From NCBI GenBank assembly GCA_963823665.1, contig CAWGMQ010000008.1:864001-928000 (forward strand): a stretch of DNA of 64,000 nucleotides, read 5' to 3'. Shown here piece by piece: positions 51,044 through 60,707 of this stretch. Origin of the DNA: an uncultured Planctomycetota bacterium (GTDB lineage Bacteria; Planctomycetota; Planctomycetia; Isosphaerales; Isosphaeraceae). The position numbers were made by a program, and so were the translations under genes. Position 1 is the first letter of the stretch. Every line of letters begins with the position of its first letter. The notes beneath the pieces were generated by a model. It was not told the DNA's origin. It did no database searches and saw nothing but the letters and a program-made list of their open reading frames with translations.

Positions 51044-51478
51044 ATGAGTCGGTTTTCACGATACTGGCGAAGGGCCCAGGCAGTCGCGCTCGCGGCGTTC
51101 GCTGTGATTTCGTGCGTCCTGCTCGCGCCTGCGGCCGCGCGCGCCGGCTGCTCTCCCAGGGTACATTCCCACTCCGACACGAGCCGGCTCGTCGCGGTGA
51201 TGGACCCAATGATCGGCGGTACCCCCGATGCAGCCGAAAGGCCGCCCGCTCTGCCACGGACGCCCTGTACGGGGCCATCGTGCTCGCGGCTGCCGGACGC
51301 GCCTCTCGTGCCCGCCGCCGTCTTCGATGAGCTGCCTGATTCTTGGGTCTGGCGCGCGCCGACGGCCAAATGGGACGTCGTCGGTCCGTGGTTGCACTCG
51401 TCCAGCAAAGACGCCCTCCTGCCGGTGCGGCGAGCGATCGCCATCTTCCACCCACCTCCCTTCCCAGCGCCGGTGTGA
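51044..51478 (+). CDS. Exported Cys-containing leader protein with C-terminal IFHPPP (candidate arrest peptide 2)
   Basis: Signal peptide ending LAPAAARA-GC, PCTGPSC, IFHPPP 5 residues before the stop; alternative GTG start 51035 with AGGAG upstream. Confidence 0.75.
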   Translation: MSRFSRYWRRAQAVALAAFAVISCVLLAPAAARAGCSPRVHSHSDTSRLVAVMDPMIGGTPDAAERPPALPRTPCTGPSCSRLPDAPLVPAAVFDELPDSWVWRAPTAKWDVVGPWLHSSSKDALLPVRRAIAIFHPPPFPAPV

Positions 51479-51736
51479 CTCGCCCTGATTCCTTTCGGTA
51501 ACTGGCGCAGCCATTGCCGAGAGCGCTCGCCCGTCCCGAGCTGATCTTGGCGCGTCCATAGGAATCATTCCCGCTTGATGCAGCGCTAGAGTGCGCCCGA
51601 TCGGCGCAATATCCCGCGGGCTCGCCACGGCGCGCTGCGAATCGAGCAAGTTCGCACTGCGCACGGGGATCGCGCACTTAATGGTTCATCCCAGTATCCA
51701 CGAAGTTCATACAACTCATTCGAGGAGAAACTAGCC

Positions 51737-52675
51737 ATGAGAAGTCATCGCTCCGGTTTTACGTTGATCGAGCTCTTGGTGGTGATCGCAATCATCGCCG
51801 TCTTGATTGCCCTCTTGCTGCCTGCCGTGCAATCGGCGCGTGAGGCGGCCCGCCGTGCCCAGTGCGTGAACAATCTCAAGCAGTTGGGCCTGGCGCTGCA
51901 CAATTATCACGACGTCAACGGTTCCTTGCCAATCATCGCGACCTTCTCACCGCAAACGCGACTGCTTGCGTACATGGAGCAGACCGTGACGTTCAACTGC
52001 ATGAACATGAACCTGTCCTACTCCGACCCCACCAACAGCACTGGGATTGCGACGTCAATCACGACGTTCATATGTCCGTCCGATGCGATGACGAGTGTTC
52101 CCGCCGGCTGGGCGGGGATCAACTACCGAGCGAATCAGGGGACGAGCATCGTGTACGGCACCAATACCGGTGTGGACCTTGGACTGCCGGCGCCGAACGG
52201 GCTCTTTGGCTCGGGCCAGACCATCCGGATCGCCACCATCACCGATGGTACGAGCAACACGGCCGCATTCAGCGAGCATGTCAAAGGAGACTTCAGCAAC
52301 ACGATCTCCACGGAGATGTCCGACACTTACGAGCCCCACACCTACCCGGCGACCCCCGATCAGGCCATACAGATGTGTATGGCAACCGACACCACCAACC
52401 TGGCGAACCAGGGTTACTCGAACGTCGGTGCACCATGGGCCGAAGCCTACCATTCGACGACCCTCTACTACCACTCCGCTCCGCCGAACTCGCGGTCGTG
52501 CATGTTTCCTCCTTCACGGATCATGACGACCGCCAACAGCAAGCACCCCGGTGGCGTCAACGTGCTGCTCGCCGACGGCTCGGTGCGATTCATCAAGTCA
52601 AGCGTTGACCTGGCCACATGGAGGGCGATAGGCACCTCTGCCTATGGCGAGGTCGTGAGCTCCGACGCCTATTGA
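51737..52675 (+). CDS. DUF1559 protein with prepilin-type N-terminal cleavage motif and H-X9-DG C-terminal motif
   Basis: [60 protein letters not shown]. Confidence 0.95.
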   Translation: MRSHRSGFTLIELLVVIAIIAVLIALLLPAVQSAREAARRAQCVNNLKQLGLALHNYHDVNGSLPIIATFSPQTRLLAYMEQTVTFNCMNMNLSYSDPTNSTGIATSITTFICPSDAMTSVPAGWAGINYRANQGTSIVYGTNTGVDLGLPAPNGLFGSGQTIRIATITDGTSNTAAFSEHVKGDFSNTISTEMSDTYEPHTYPATPDQAIQMCMATDTTNLANQGYSNVGAPWAEAYHSTTLYYHSAPPNSRSCMFPPSRIMTTANSKHPGGVNVLLADGSVRFIKSSVDLATWRAIGTSAYGEVVSSDAY

Positions 52676-52693
52676 TGGGGATAAAGACTCACA

Positions 52694-53098
52694 ATGACGA
52701 CCACAACGAATACCTTCCGGGCCGTCAGTCTACTGCTGGTGGGCGTTCTGGCACTTGCATCTGGCTGCGGCGGCACACCCGCGGCCGCTGACGCGGACCA
52801 GGCCCGCCAGACTTTGATTGCCGCACTCGACGCCTGGAAGAGCGGTGAAACTCCCGATGCTCTGGCGGCGCGCTCGCCTGCCATCCACGTTTCCGATACC
52901 GACTGGAACTCGGGCGCCACGCTCACGAGTTACGAGGCTGCCGACTCGGCCCTGCCCGCCGGCTATGACCTGAGCTTCTGCGTCGTCCTGGAGCTGAAAA
53001 CCCCCAAGGGCAAAGTTCCGACAAAGTCCAAAGCCGTCTACGTCGTATCCACGCACCCCAAGGCCCTGGTCCTGCGCCAGGATGCTCCCACACAATAA
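52694..53098 (+). CDS. Lipoprotein accompanying DUF1559
   Basis: Lipobox LASGC; ARQTLIAALDAWKSG. Confidence 0.85.
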   Translation: MTTTTNTFRAVSLLLVGVLALASGCGGTPAAADADQARQTLIAALDAWKSGETPDALAARSPAIHVSDTDWNSGATLTSYEAADSALPAGYDLSFCVVLELKTPKGKVPTKSKAVYVVSTHPKALVLRQDAPTQ

Positions 53099-53130
53099 CC
53101 TCCTTCAGCTTTTCTTGAGGCCATGAACCT

Positions 53131-54168
53131 ATGAACTTGAAACACGTTTTTCGCACCGCCCCCGCGCTCGTACTGGCCTTGACCGTTCCGGGCATTGCGC
53201 GAGCCGATGACGCGCCGGCGTCGGAAGTTCCCCAGAAGGTGGCGGCAACCCGGCCCGAGATGAAACAGATCCTCGAAGGCTCGAAGCAGTCGAAGCCGCG
53301 GCTCCCGCTCCCGCCGGCACCGACCGCCCAGGAGCAGGCGAAGGCCCAAGCCCGCGCGGCCGAAAGAGCCAAGACGCAACCCGCCGACAACGAGAAGGCG
53401 AAAACCAAGGGGAGAAGCGGCGGGTTGGGTGGTGGGATCGTCAACAACGGCCGGATGCGGAGCTATTACCTGTCGCCCGAATTGAGTGGCGGTTTTAACC
53501 GCGGCGCAGGAGCAGCAGCGGCTGCCTCTGGGGCCAACGCAGCCGCACCAGGCGGCGCAGGATTCGCACGCGAAGCCGACCCGACGATGTCTTTGAGCGG
53601 GACGTTCAAGACCGAGTTCTTCTGGATCGTCTCCCGTGCCAACAACTGTTACTACTGCCAGGGTCATCAGGAGAGCAAGCTCGCCGCCGACGGCCTGAGT
53701 GAAGACACGATCGCTGCCCTCGACGGCGACTGGTCGGAGTTCACCCCGGCCGAACGCGCCGCGTTTGCCTTCACACTCAAGCTGACCAAAACTCCCCAGT
53801 CGATCACGGACGCCGACATCGCTGCGCTCCGGGCTCACTATAAAGACACGCAGATCCTCGAGATCATCCAGACTGTCGCGGGCAATAATCTCGGACACGC
53901 CCGTAACCGGCTCCGTGAGCTCGGCATGACCGACGACATGATCGCCGCGCTCGTCGCACCAGGCGAGTCGATTCCCGCCGGCGAACGCGCCGCGCTCGCC
54001 CTGGCGAAAAAGTTGACTGTCGATCCGGCGCGGATCACCGATGCCGACATCGCCGCCCTCCGGGCCAACTGGAGCGACTTCGAAACCGCCGAGATCGTCT
54101 TCCAGATCACGGAAGCCGCGTCCTTCGATCGCCTGACCGAGGCCGCCGGCTTGCAGTTGGAACGTTGA
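53131..54168 (+). CDS. Secreted AhpD/carboxymuconolactone decarboxylase-like protein (paralogue 1)
   Basis: Signal peptide; VSRANNCYYCQGHQ CxxC-H motif; FTPAERAAFAFTLKLT...ITDADIAALRAHY. Confidence 0.85.
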   Translation: MNLKHVFRTAPALVLALTVPGIARADDAPASEVPQKVAATRPEMKQILEGSKQSKPRLPLPPAPTAQEQAKAQARAAERAKTQPADNEKAKTKGRSGGLGGGIVNNGRMRSYYLSPELSGGFNRGAGAAAAASGANAAAPGGAGFAREADPTMSLSGTFKTEFFWIVSRANNCYYCQGHQESKLAADGLSEDTIAALDGDWSEFTPAERAAFAFTLKLTKTPQSITDADIAALRAHYKDTQILEIIQTVAGNNLGHARNRLRELGMTDDMIAALVAPGESIPAGERAALALAKKLTVDPARITDADIAALRANWSDFETAEIVFQITEAASFDRLTEAAGLQLER

Positions 54169-54271
54169 AAGCTCTGAACGTGCTGTCGCTCGATCTCAAT
54201 CCGAACGTGTCGGTCGTCAACCCGACTTGCGTGGCGACCGACACCGTGAATTCTTGAAAGGAAACCGATCG

Positions 54272-55711
54272 ATGCAATCGCTCTCGACACTGATGTTCAT
54301 TCTGATGACGGCGCCGGCACAGACCGCCGCGAAGGAGGAGCCGGCATCTGCGCCGCGGCCGATCCCACTCACCCGGCCTGAGATGAAACAACTGATCGAA
54401 GACATGAAAGTTCGCAAGCCGCGGATTCCGCTTCCCGAGCTGACGGAAGAGGAAAAGGCGAAGCTCGGGGAGCGCGGCGGGGGCTACGAGTCTCGTCTGC
54501 GCCTCCACTACATGCCAACTGGTGAGGCCAGAGGCGGCGCCGGCCCAGGCGCAGGCGCAGCAGGCGGCCGTGCCCGCGCGGCAGGGGGAGGCGGCGCCTT
54601 AGCAGGCGGCCGTGAGCAAGAACCGAACATGTCCCTCGACTATGCGTTCAAGACCGAGTTGTTCTGGATCGCCTCCCGATCCAACAACTGCCAGTATTGC
54701 CTGGGCCATCAGGAGTCCAAGCTATTGAACGCCGGACTCAAGGAAGACGAGATCGCGGCGCTCGATGGCGACTGGTCCGAGTTCACACCCGCTCAGCGGG
54801 CCGCGTTTGCGCTGGCTCGCCGGCTGACTTATGAGCCGAACCTTCTCAACGACGCCGACATCGAGCAGGTCCGCAAGCACTATACCGACTTGCAGATCCT
54901 CGAGATGGTGCTCTCAGTCGCCGGCAACAACTCGATCAACCGTTGGAAAGAAGGCGTCGGAGTACCGCAATCTGCCGGCGGCGGCGGTGGCATCGGCCGC
55001 ACCGCCGGCGCTGGTGAAGCACCGGCGAAGACACACTCCTACTTGACCCCGACCTCTGAGAAATTCAAGGACAAGATCAGCAAGGTTGCGGCAGTGACGG
55101 TCGACGCGGCGACTGGGCAGCCAACTCGCGCGACAATCTGCAGCCGCCCACCGCTGGAATCGCGTGCAGACGTGGAGAAGGCGCTCGCGCAGTGCCAGCG
55201 ACGGTCACCTCGATTGCCGCTCGTGGACGATGCCAAGGCTCGGGAACTGGTGTCCGAGAACTGGCCGCCGGGGCCACTGCCGCAGTGGGTTCGGCTGCTG
55301 GCGAACTTCCCGCGCAGTGGTCTGAGCCGAATCAACGGGTTCCGTTCGAGCGTGGAGAAAGGTGACCTGACGCCCCTGCTCAAGGCCCGAGCAAGCTGGA
55401 TCATCGCACGACAGGACCGCGCCTGGTACGCAACCGGCCTTGCCAGGAAGCGTCTCCGTGAGCTCGGTTGTTCGGACGATGAGATCTACAAGCTGGACGG
55501 CGACTGGTCCGAGTTCAAGCCCGCCGAAGCCGCGCTGTTCACGGTTGCCCGCAAGCTGGCTGCCTCCCCCGTCGTCCTCACGGATGACGACGTGGCAACG
55601 GCTGTGAAGCTCGCCGGACCGCGCGACGTCGTGCAATTGATCAGCTTTACGACCAACTGCGCATCCTTCGATCGCATCACCGAGGCGGCCGGTCTCCAGT
55701 TGGAAGAGTGA
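54272..55711 (+). CDS. Secreted AhpD/CMD-like two-domain protein (paralogue 2)
   Basis: ASRSNNCQYCLGHQ; second domain lacks Cys (ARQDRAWYA); same C-terminus FDRxTEAAGLQLE as paralogue 1. Confidence 0.85.
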   Translation: MQSLSTLMFILMTAPAQTAAKEEPASAPRPIPLTRPEMKQLIEDMKVRKPRIPLPELTEEEKAKLGERGGGYESRLRLHYMPTGEARGGAGPGAGAAGGRARAAGGGGALAGGREQEPNMSLDYAFKTELFWIASRSNNCQYCLGHQESKLLNAGLKEDEIAALDGDWSEFTPAQRAAFALARRLTYEPNLLNDADIEQVRKHYTDLQILEMVLSVAGNNSINRWKEGVGVPQSAGGGGGIGRTAGAGEAPAKTHSYLTPTSEKFKDKISKVAAVTVDAATGQPTRATICSRPPLESRADVEKALAQCQRRSPRLPLVDDAKARELVSENWPPGPLPQWVRLLANFPRSGLSRINGFRSSVEKGDLTPLLKARASWIIARQDRAWYATGLARKRLRELGCSDDEIYKLDGDWSEFKPAEAALFTVARKLAASPVVLTDDDVATAVKLAGPRDVVQLISFTTNCASFDRITEAAGLQLEE

Positions 55712-56163
55712 CGACTCATTCGACACCGAGATCGCCGAGCTGATTCACGATGTGAATAACGACGTCTTTCTTGATCTCTTGAGCGAGACAGCCGCCTTAC
55801 CGCTCGATTGCGGCTCGAGTGGAGCGGTTACACCTCGCTAGAGCAGTGAGTGACCGCTGCCGCTGCCTGTTCGATCGCAACCCCGGGGCTGGCCGTCCAG
55901 CCCCGGCTGGTTGATCCGGGGCATGTCACTTGCGGACGGATCATTGCCCATGCGCGAGACACACGACTCTTCGAGACGACGATTAGCCCATTTTCTGGCC
56001 GTTCGGATCAAGCGATTGCGAGACGAGGCGAAAGCCAGCCTGGAAATAAGCGAGGGCTCCAGTTCGACCTCCTCACCCTGCTCGGAGATTAGCCAACCGT
56101 CTGCAGCCGATCATGGTGTGCGCCCGGGCCGGCCGGTGTCGTCCCTCGACCCACGCTCGCGCG

Positions 56164-56670
56164 TCAACAATGTCTGAGGTTGATACTCATCCCGCTATCG
56201 GGAACCACTTCTTCCACAACTCGTGGCATATCCCACTTCCCGAATCGGCGGAAGGATTCCTCGACGACGGCGCGGTAGCTCGGCGGAACTGGCACTGCGT
56301 GCCTCAAATGGGAACAGCCACCGTCGACGGCGATCACCACCGTGTTCGGTAAATAGCGATTCCACCGGCAGGATCCAATGTTCTTCCACGACACGAACTG
56401 ACCGTCGAGTGCGATTCCCGACGGAAAGATCGTCAGCGCCGGTTTCTCGCGCTGCCGGCCTTTCAACCCGCGCTTCAATGCTCTTCACACAGATGCTCCA
56501 ACCGCCCAAACGAGCGATTGGACTGTCGTGTTGATGAGTATAAAGTAATTTCCCTGTGGCACAAAATTGTGTGTGAGCAAGTCAACGAGATAAACAGCAA
56601 AGGCAGCGGCGTACGCGATGACCGGAATCGCGACGAGGGCGATCATGCATAGCCTCTGCCCTCGCGGTAG
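56164..56670 (-). pseudogene. 2-TM + PH-like (DUF5673-like) membrane protein, third paralogue, disrupted
   Basis: LPRGQRLCMIALVAIPVIAYAAAFAVYLVDLL...GASV*RALK...KPALTIF...WKNIGSCRWNRY...VEESFRRFGKWD; in-frame TGA 56487-56485; resemblance to paralogues stops at 56670. Confidence 0.7.
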
Positions 56671-57239
56671 TCATCCCAGAAGTTCTGGTTCTGTTCCTTC
56701 ATCCCAAGGGAAATGTGCCCGCCGCCGGCTCGGCGGAGCTGAGCAGTCGAATAGGTCTGACGAAATGGGTGACCTCTTGGAAAGCCGTCAAGCTCTGGGA
56801 ACTCCCTGCCGACGAATTGCTGGCGGCGCGTGATGTCGGCCTCATCCCCTGGGTACCGCTCGCTCAATTCAACGGGCCGCCCGAACCGATCATGCGCGAG
56901 TGCCGCGAGCGCATCGATCGCGACGCACCGCCCAACGAGCACGAAAACATGCTGGCTGTGACCCAGTTGCTGGCCGGATTGCGGTATAATGACCCGAAGT
57001 TGTTCCAAATCTTGGGAGGTCGCAACGCCATGATCGAGTCTCCGTTACTCCAAGAGCTCATCGCCGAGCGCACGCGCGAAACGTTGATCACTTTCCTGGT
57101 CGCCCGCTTCGGCTCAAAGGCCACGTCGCTGGAAACCGAGCTCCAGGCCATCAGCGACGAATCACGTTTGCAGGAGCTCGTCAAATACGCCGCCACCTGC
57201 CGCAGCCTCGGCTCGTTCCGCAAGCACCTTTCGCCGTGA
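56670..57239 (+). pseudogene. 5'-truncated Rpn-family (PD-(D/E)XK) gene retaining an internal RpnS-like start
   Basis: VIPEVLVLFLHPKGN...VKLWELPADELLAARDVGLIPWVPL...LAGLRY...GGRNA-MIESPLLQEL; GGAGGT upstream of the internal ATG at 57030. Confidence 0.7.
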
Positions 57240-57258
57240 TCTCGCAGGGCCCAGACCA

Positions 57259-57480
57259 ATGATCGAATCTCCGTTGATCCAGGAACTTATCGCCGAACGG
57301 ACGCGTGAAACGACGATCGCGAACATCATGACGGTGTTGATCGCCGGCTTCGGCACCAACGCCGAGAAGATCGAGAGCGAGCTCAAGGCCATCAATGACG
57401 AAGCGCGATTGAAGGGTCCGATCAAACACGCTGTGACCGCCCGAACCCTCAGCTCGTTCCGCAAGCAGCTCGCATCCTGA
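57259..57480 (+). CDS. Stand-alone RpnS-like small protein (tandem variant of 57030-57239)
   Basis: MIESPLIQELIAERTRET...FG...IESELKAINDEARL...SFRKQL versus MIESPLLQELIAERTRET...FG...LETELQAISDESRL...SFRKHL. Confidence 0.75.
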   Translation: MIESPLIQELIAERTRETTIANIMTVLIAGFGTNAEKIESELKAINDEARLKGPIKHAVTARTLSSFRKQLAS

Positions 57481-57527
57481 CTCCGCAGGTCGCACGGCCA
57501 TGCTCGGCCCGCCGCACGGAAGAGCAT

Positions 57528-58077
57528 TCATGCCCCCAGCTTGATATCCGCATCGCTTTCCTGACCCACCGCCTCGCTACGGACGGGCCGATCCCATTTA
57601 CTGAACGCGCTGAAGATCTCCTCAATCTCCGCGCCGGTCATCCGGAATGGGCACGGACATCCGCCCGTAGGTACCGTTGCGAGCAACCTGAATCACAAGA
57701 GTCCGGCGCAAATAGGCACTCCAGTGGCAGGAGCGTATGCCCTCCCAAGGCAACCAATTGCCGTTCACAATGATTCGGTCCGAAAAGATAGAAACACTCG
57801 GTTTCCACAACACCCTCCACTTTTCCCGCTCGAACTTGACCCCGAAAAAAATCCAAATCGGACAGCACACAAGGGCGAAGTAGCAGATGCGCCTTTGGGC
57901 AGGCGACAAGTCGTTCATGAAGAAGCTGTAAATCATCATGCCGTACGAAACCACGAGCGGAAGCCAAACCATCAATAGCGAATAGGCGATCGCGGTGCCG
58001 AAATACCACTGCGGAGGCCATATGGCAACTACCGCGTCCCGCGCGTCGTCCTTTTCGCTTTCGGTGATCGACACCAT
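57528..58077 (-). CDS. 2-TM + PH-like membrane protein (frameshift near 57630)
   Basis: GGAGG upstream of ATG 58077; KPSVSIF...WEGIRSCHWSAY...; shifted tail EIEEIFSAFSKWD matches the paralogues. Confidence 0.7.
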
Positions 58078-58103
58078 CGACCCACCTCCGTAAACTCCAG
58101 CGT

Positions 58104-58592
58104 TCAATCCAGGCACGATCCCACGTCCCACTTACCTATCCGACGAAGTGCCTCCTCCACGTCCGCCCGTTGTCCCTCCGGCACTAGCACCGAATGCAAG
58201 GCGTGTGACTGCCCCACATCGATCGCAACCATCAGCTCGCCCGGCGAATAACGATTCCAGTGGCACGACCCGATGCTCGCCCACGGCATTGCTTGCCCGC
58301 TCAGCTCAAGTCGAGATTTGAAGATCGCAAGCGCTGGTTTGCAAATGTAAATGAGCCCGAACGTGTCGATCAAAAGGTTGAGCAAGATGGTCATGATCAG
58401 GAAAGGACTGTAGTCGACTGCATCCGGTAAGCCGAGCCTGAGCAAATCCCTCACGCACACAAGCAACGCGCCCGCGTAGAAGACCTGAAAAATCAGCGAG
58501 AATGCGACCGTCGTCACGATGCGCCCGCGCGGTTGCGCCACGATCACAATCGCATCGCACAACCCATCAATCTCGGCGTCAGCGACAGACAT
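58104..58592 (-). CDS. 2-TM + PH-like membrane protein
   Basis: Two TM segments, then KPALAIF...WASIGSCHWNRY...VEEALRRIGKWD. Confidence 0.75.
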   Translation of the reverse strand: MSVADAEIDGLCDAIVIVAQPRGRIVTTVAFSLIFQVFYAGALLVCVRDLLRLGLPDAVDYSPFLIMTILLNLLIDTFGLIYICKPALAIFKSRLELSGQAMPWASIGSCHWNRYSPGELMVAIDVGQSHALHSVLVPEGQRADVEEALRRIGKWDVGSCLD

Positions 58593-58835
58593 GTTCGGCT
58601 GACCTCAACAAACCCGAGCGCTCACTGCACGGCGAGCACACATTCGCCATCGTAGCTCAGTTCCGCCCGAACCACAATCGAAGACGCGCATGGCAAAAAC
58701 CGCCCCCACCTGGATTATTCAGAACCGGCTTGTTATCCTTCAGACAACTCCGGATCCGAAAGATTTCAGACTCACATCCCGGCACGGAGCACCACTCACA
58801 CACCTTCTCACTCAACCGACATCGGAGGCGCGGTC

Positions 58836-60707
58836 ATGTTCTCAGCATTTCTCGTCTGTACCGCATGTCTCGCCTGCGAAAAGCCTGGCTCGGCAACTAC
58901 CGATTCCGAGCCGGTCGCGGGCGCGAATTCCTCGTACCTCCAGGCAAAGTCGCAGTCAGGCCGCAATGCCGACGACCACGTCCGCCTCGCCCTCTGGTGC
59001 GAGGCGCATAAGCTGGAAGCCCTGCGGATCAAACACCTGACGATCGCCATGCTCAAAGACCCGGAGAACGCCACGGCCCGCGGCCTCCTCGGCCTGGTTG
59101 CCTTTGGTGGTGGCTGGCACTCCACGGAAGCCATTCGCAACAAGCTCGAATCCAACCAATCCCACACCTCGCTTCGCGCCGAATACGACGCGCTGCGCAT
59201 CCAGTTGGGAACCACCGCTGACGCTCACTGGAAACTCGCCCTTTGGTGCGAAGACCAAGGCCTCAAGGCCGAGGCCAGCGCTCATCTCGTCGCGGTGACG
59301 CAGCTTGATCCCGGCCGCGACGCAGCCTGGAAGCGCCTGGGATTCAAACGGCAATCCGGCCGCTGGCTTACCGACGGACAGCTCGCCGCCGAGAAGGCCG
59401 AAGCCGAAGCCCAGAGAAAAGCCGACAAGCACTGGATGACGGCGCTCACGCGATTACGCGATAGCCTCGCCAACGACACAAAACGAGCGGAGTCGCTCCA
59501 ATCCCTCGGCGAGATCTCTGATCCGCGTGCGGTCCCCGCGGTGTGGGTCGTCTTCGCCGTCGCCAGACCGCCCCTTCAAAAGATCGCCGTTCAGCTCTTC
59601 GGCCAGATCGATTCCGCCGCGGCAACGCGCGCACTCTCGATCCTGGCAGTCGCGAGCACTTCGGGCGAGGTGCGAAGCATCGCCACTCAAACGCTCCGTC
59701 TCCGCGACCCGCGCGACGCGGCCTCCGTGCTCGTCGCACTGCTGGCCGAGCCCGTGCTCGATACCGATCCGATCCTCTATCACTATTTCGTTCAACCCGT
59801 CGGCGCTCTCGCCATCGGCTCGCCGGGCGTGCTCGTCGTTCGTGGCCCTCGCTACGACCTGCTCAGGTACTACACAGTCGACGATTCGTTCAGCCTCCTT
59901 TCTTCTGGCATGGAGGTCGCATCGCCCGCAGCCGGGTATCCACTGGCCGTGTGGAACCAGACGAAGCGACAGGCAATGGACCTCGCAGCCGCCGTCCAGC
60001 AAATCCTGCACGAGTCCGAACCCGACGTCACGGCCGCCAGACTCCAGTCAATCCAGGTTGGCGAATTCAACGCCCGGGTCGTGCAGGTGCTGGGCGCGGC
60101 GATCGGCAAAGACCTGGGTATCGATCGCGAAGCCGCCAGAAAGTGGTGGACCGAGGAACAAGGCTACGCCTACGAGAAGAAGGCGCGCCCACAGAGGCAG
60201 GATTGGACTTTCAGCGAAGACAAGCCCACTTACATCGACTCCGTTCACTCGTCCTGCTTCGCCGCCGGCACGCCGGTGATGACGCAGAGCGGCCCCAGGC
60301 CGATCGAGTCGCTCAAGATCGGCGACCAGGTCCTCTCCCAGGATACCGGCACGGGCACGCTCAGCTTTGAGCCGGTCGTCGCGGCCCTTCACAACCAGCC
60401 GGCGATGGTATTCCACATCGAGTTAGGTCAAGATGTGATCAAGGCAACGGACATTCACCGCTTCTGGAAAGCGGGCACCGGCTGGGTGATGGCTCGAGAC
60501 CTGAAGCCCGGCGATCGCCTGCGGGCCATCGGCGGCGTGGCGGAAGTCACCGCCGTCGCCATGGGTCGCGTTCAGCCCGTCTTCAACCTCAAGGTGAAGG
60601 ACGCCCAGACCTACTTCGCCGGCGGGCCAAATCTGCTGGTCCACGACAGCAGCTTGGTCGAGCCGGTCTACTCCCCGTTCGACGCCGTCCCCCAGCTAGC
60701 CCCGTAG
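58836..60707 (+). CDS. Helical/HEAT-like protein with C-terminal polymorphic-toxin-type Hint domain
   Basis: GGAGG RBS; twin LALWCE repeats; Hint from CFAAGT (60255) through ATDIHRFW, ARDLKPGD, VFNLKV...TYF...LLVHD (60647). Confidence 0.9.
   Translation: MFSAFLVCTACLACEKPGSATTDSEPVAGANSSYLQAKSQSGRNADDHVRLALWCEAHKLEALRIKHLTIAMLKDPENATARGLLGLVAFGGGWHSTEAIRNKLESNQSHTSLRAEYDALRIQLGTTADAHWKLALWCEDQGLKAEASAHLVAVTQLDPGRDAAWKRLGFKRQSGRWLTDGQLAAEKAEAEAQRKADKHWMTALTRLRDSLANDTKRAESLQSLGEISDPRAVPAVWVVFAVARPPLQKIAVQLFGQIDSAAATRALSILAVASTSGEVRSIATQTLRLRDPRDAASVLVALLAEPVLDTDPILYHYFVQPVGALAIGSPGVLVVRGPRYDLLRYYTVDDSFSLLSSGMEVASPAAGYPLAVWNQTKRQAMDLAAAVQQILHESEPDVTAARLQSIQVGEFNARVVQVLGAAIGKDLGIDREAARKWWTEEQGYAYEKKARPQRQDWTFSEDKPTYIDSVHSSCFAAGTPVMTQSGPRPIESLKIGDQVLSQDTGTGTLSFEPVVAALHNQPAMVFHIELGQDVIKATDIHRFWKAGTGWVMARDLKPGDRLRAIGGVAEVTAVAMGRVQPVFNLKVKDAQTYFAGGPNLLVHDSSLVEPVYSPFDAVPQLAP

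Noticed and set aside
58836..60707. Polymorphic toxin with immunity gene
   Set aside because: Only 19 aa follow the Hint domain and no co-oriented downstream gene exists
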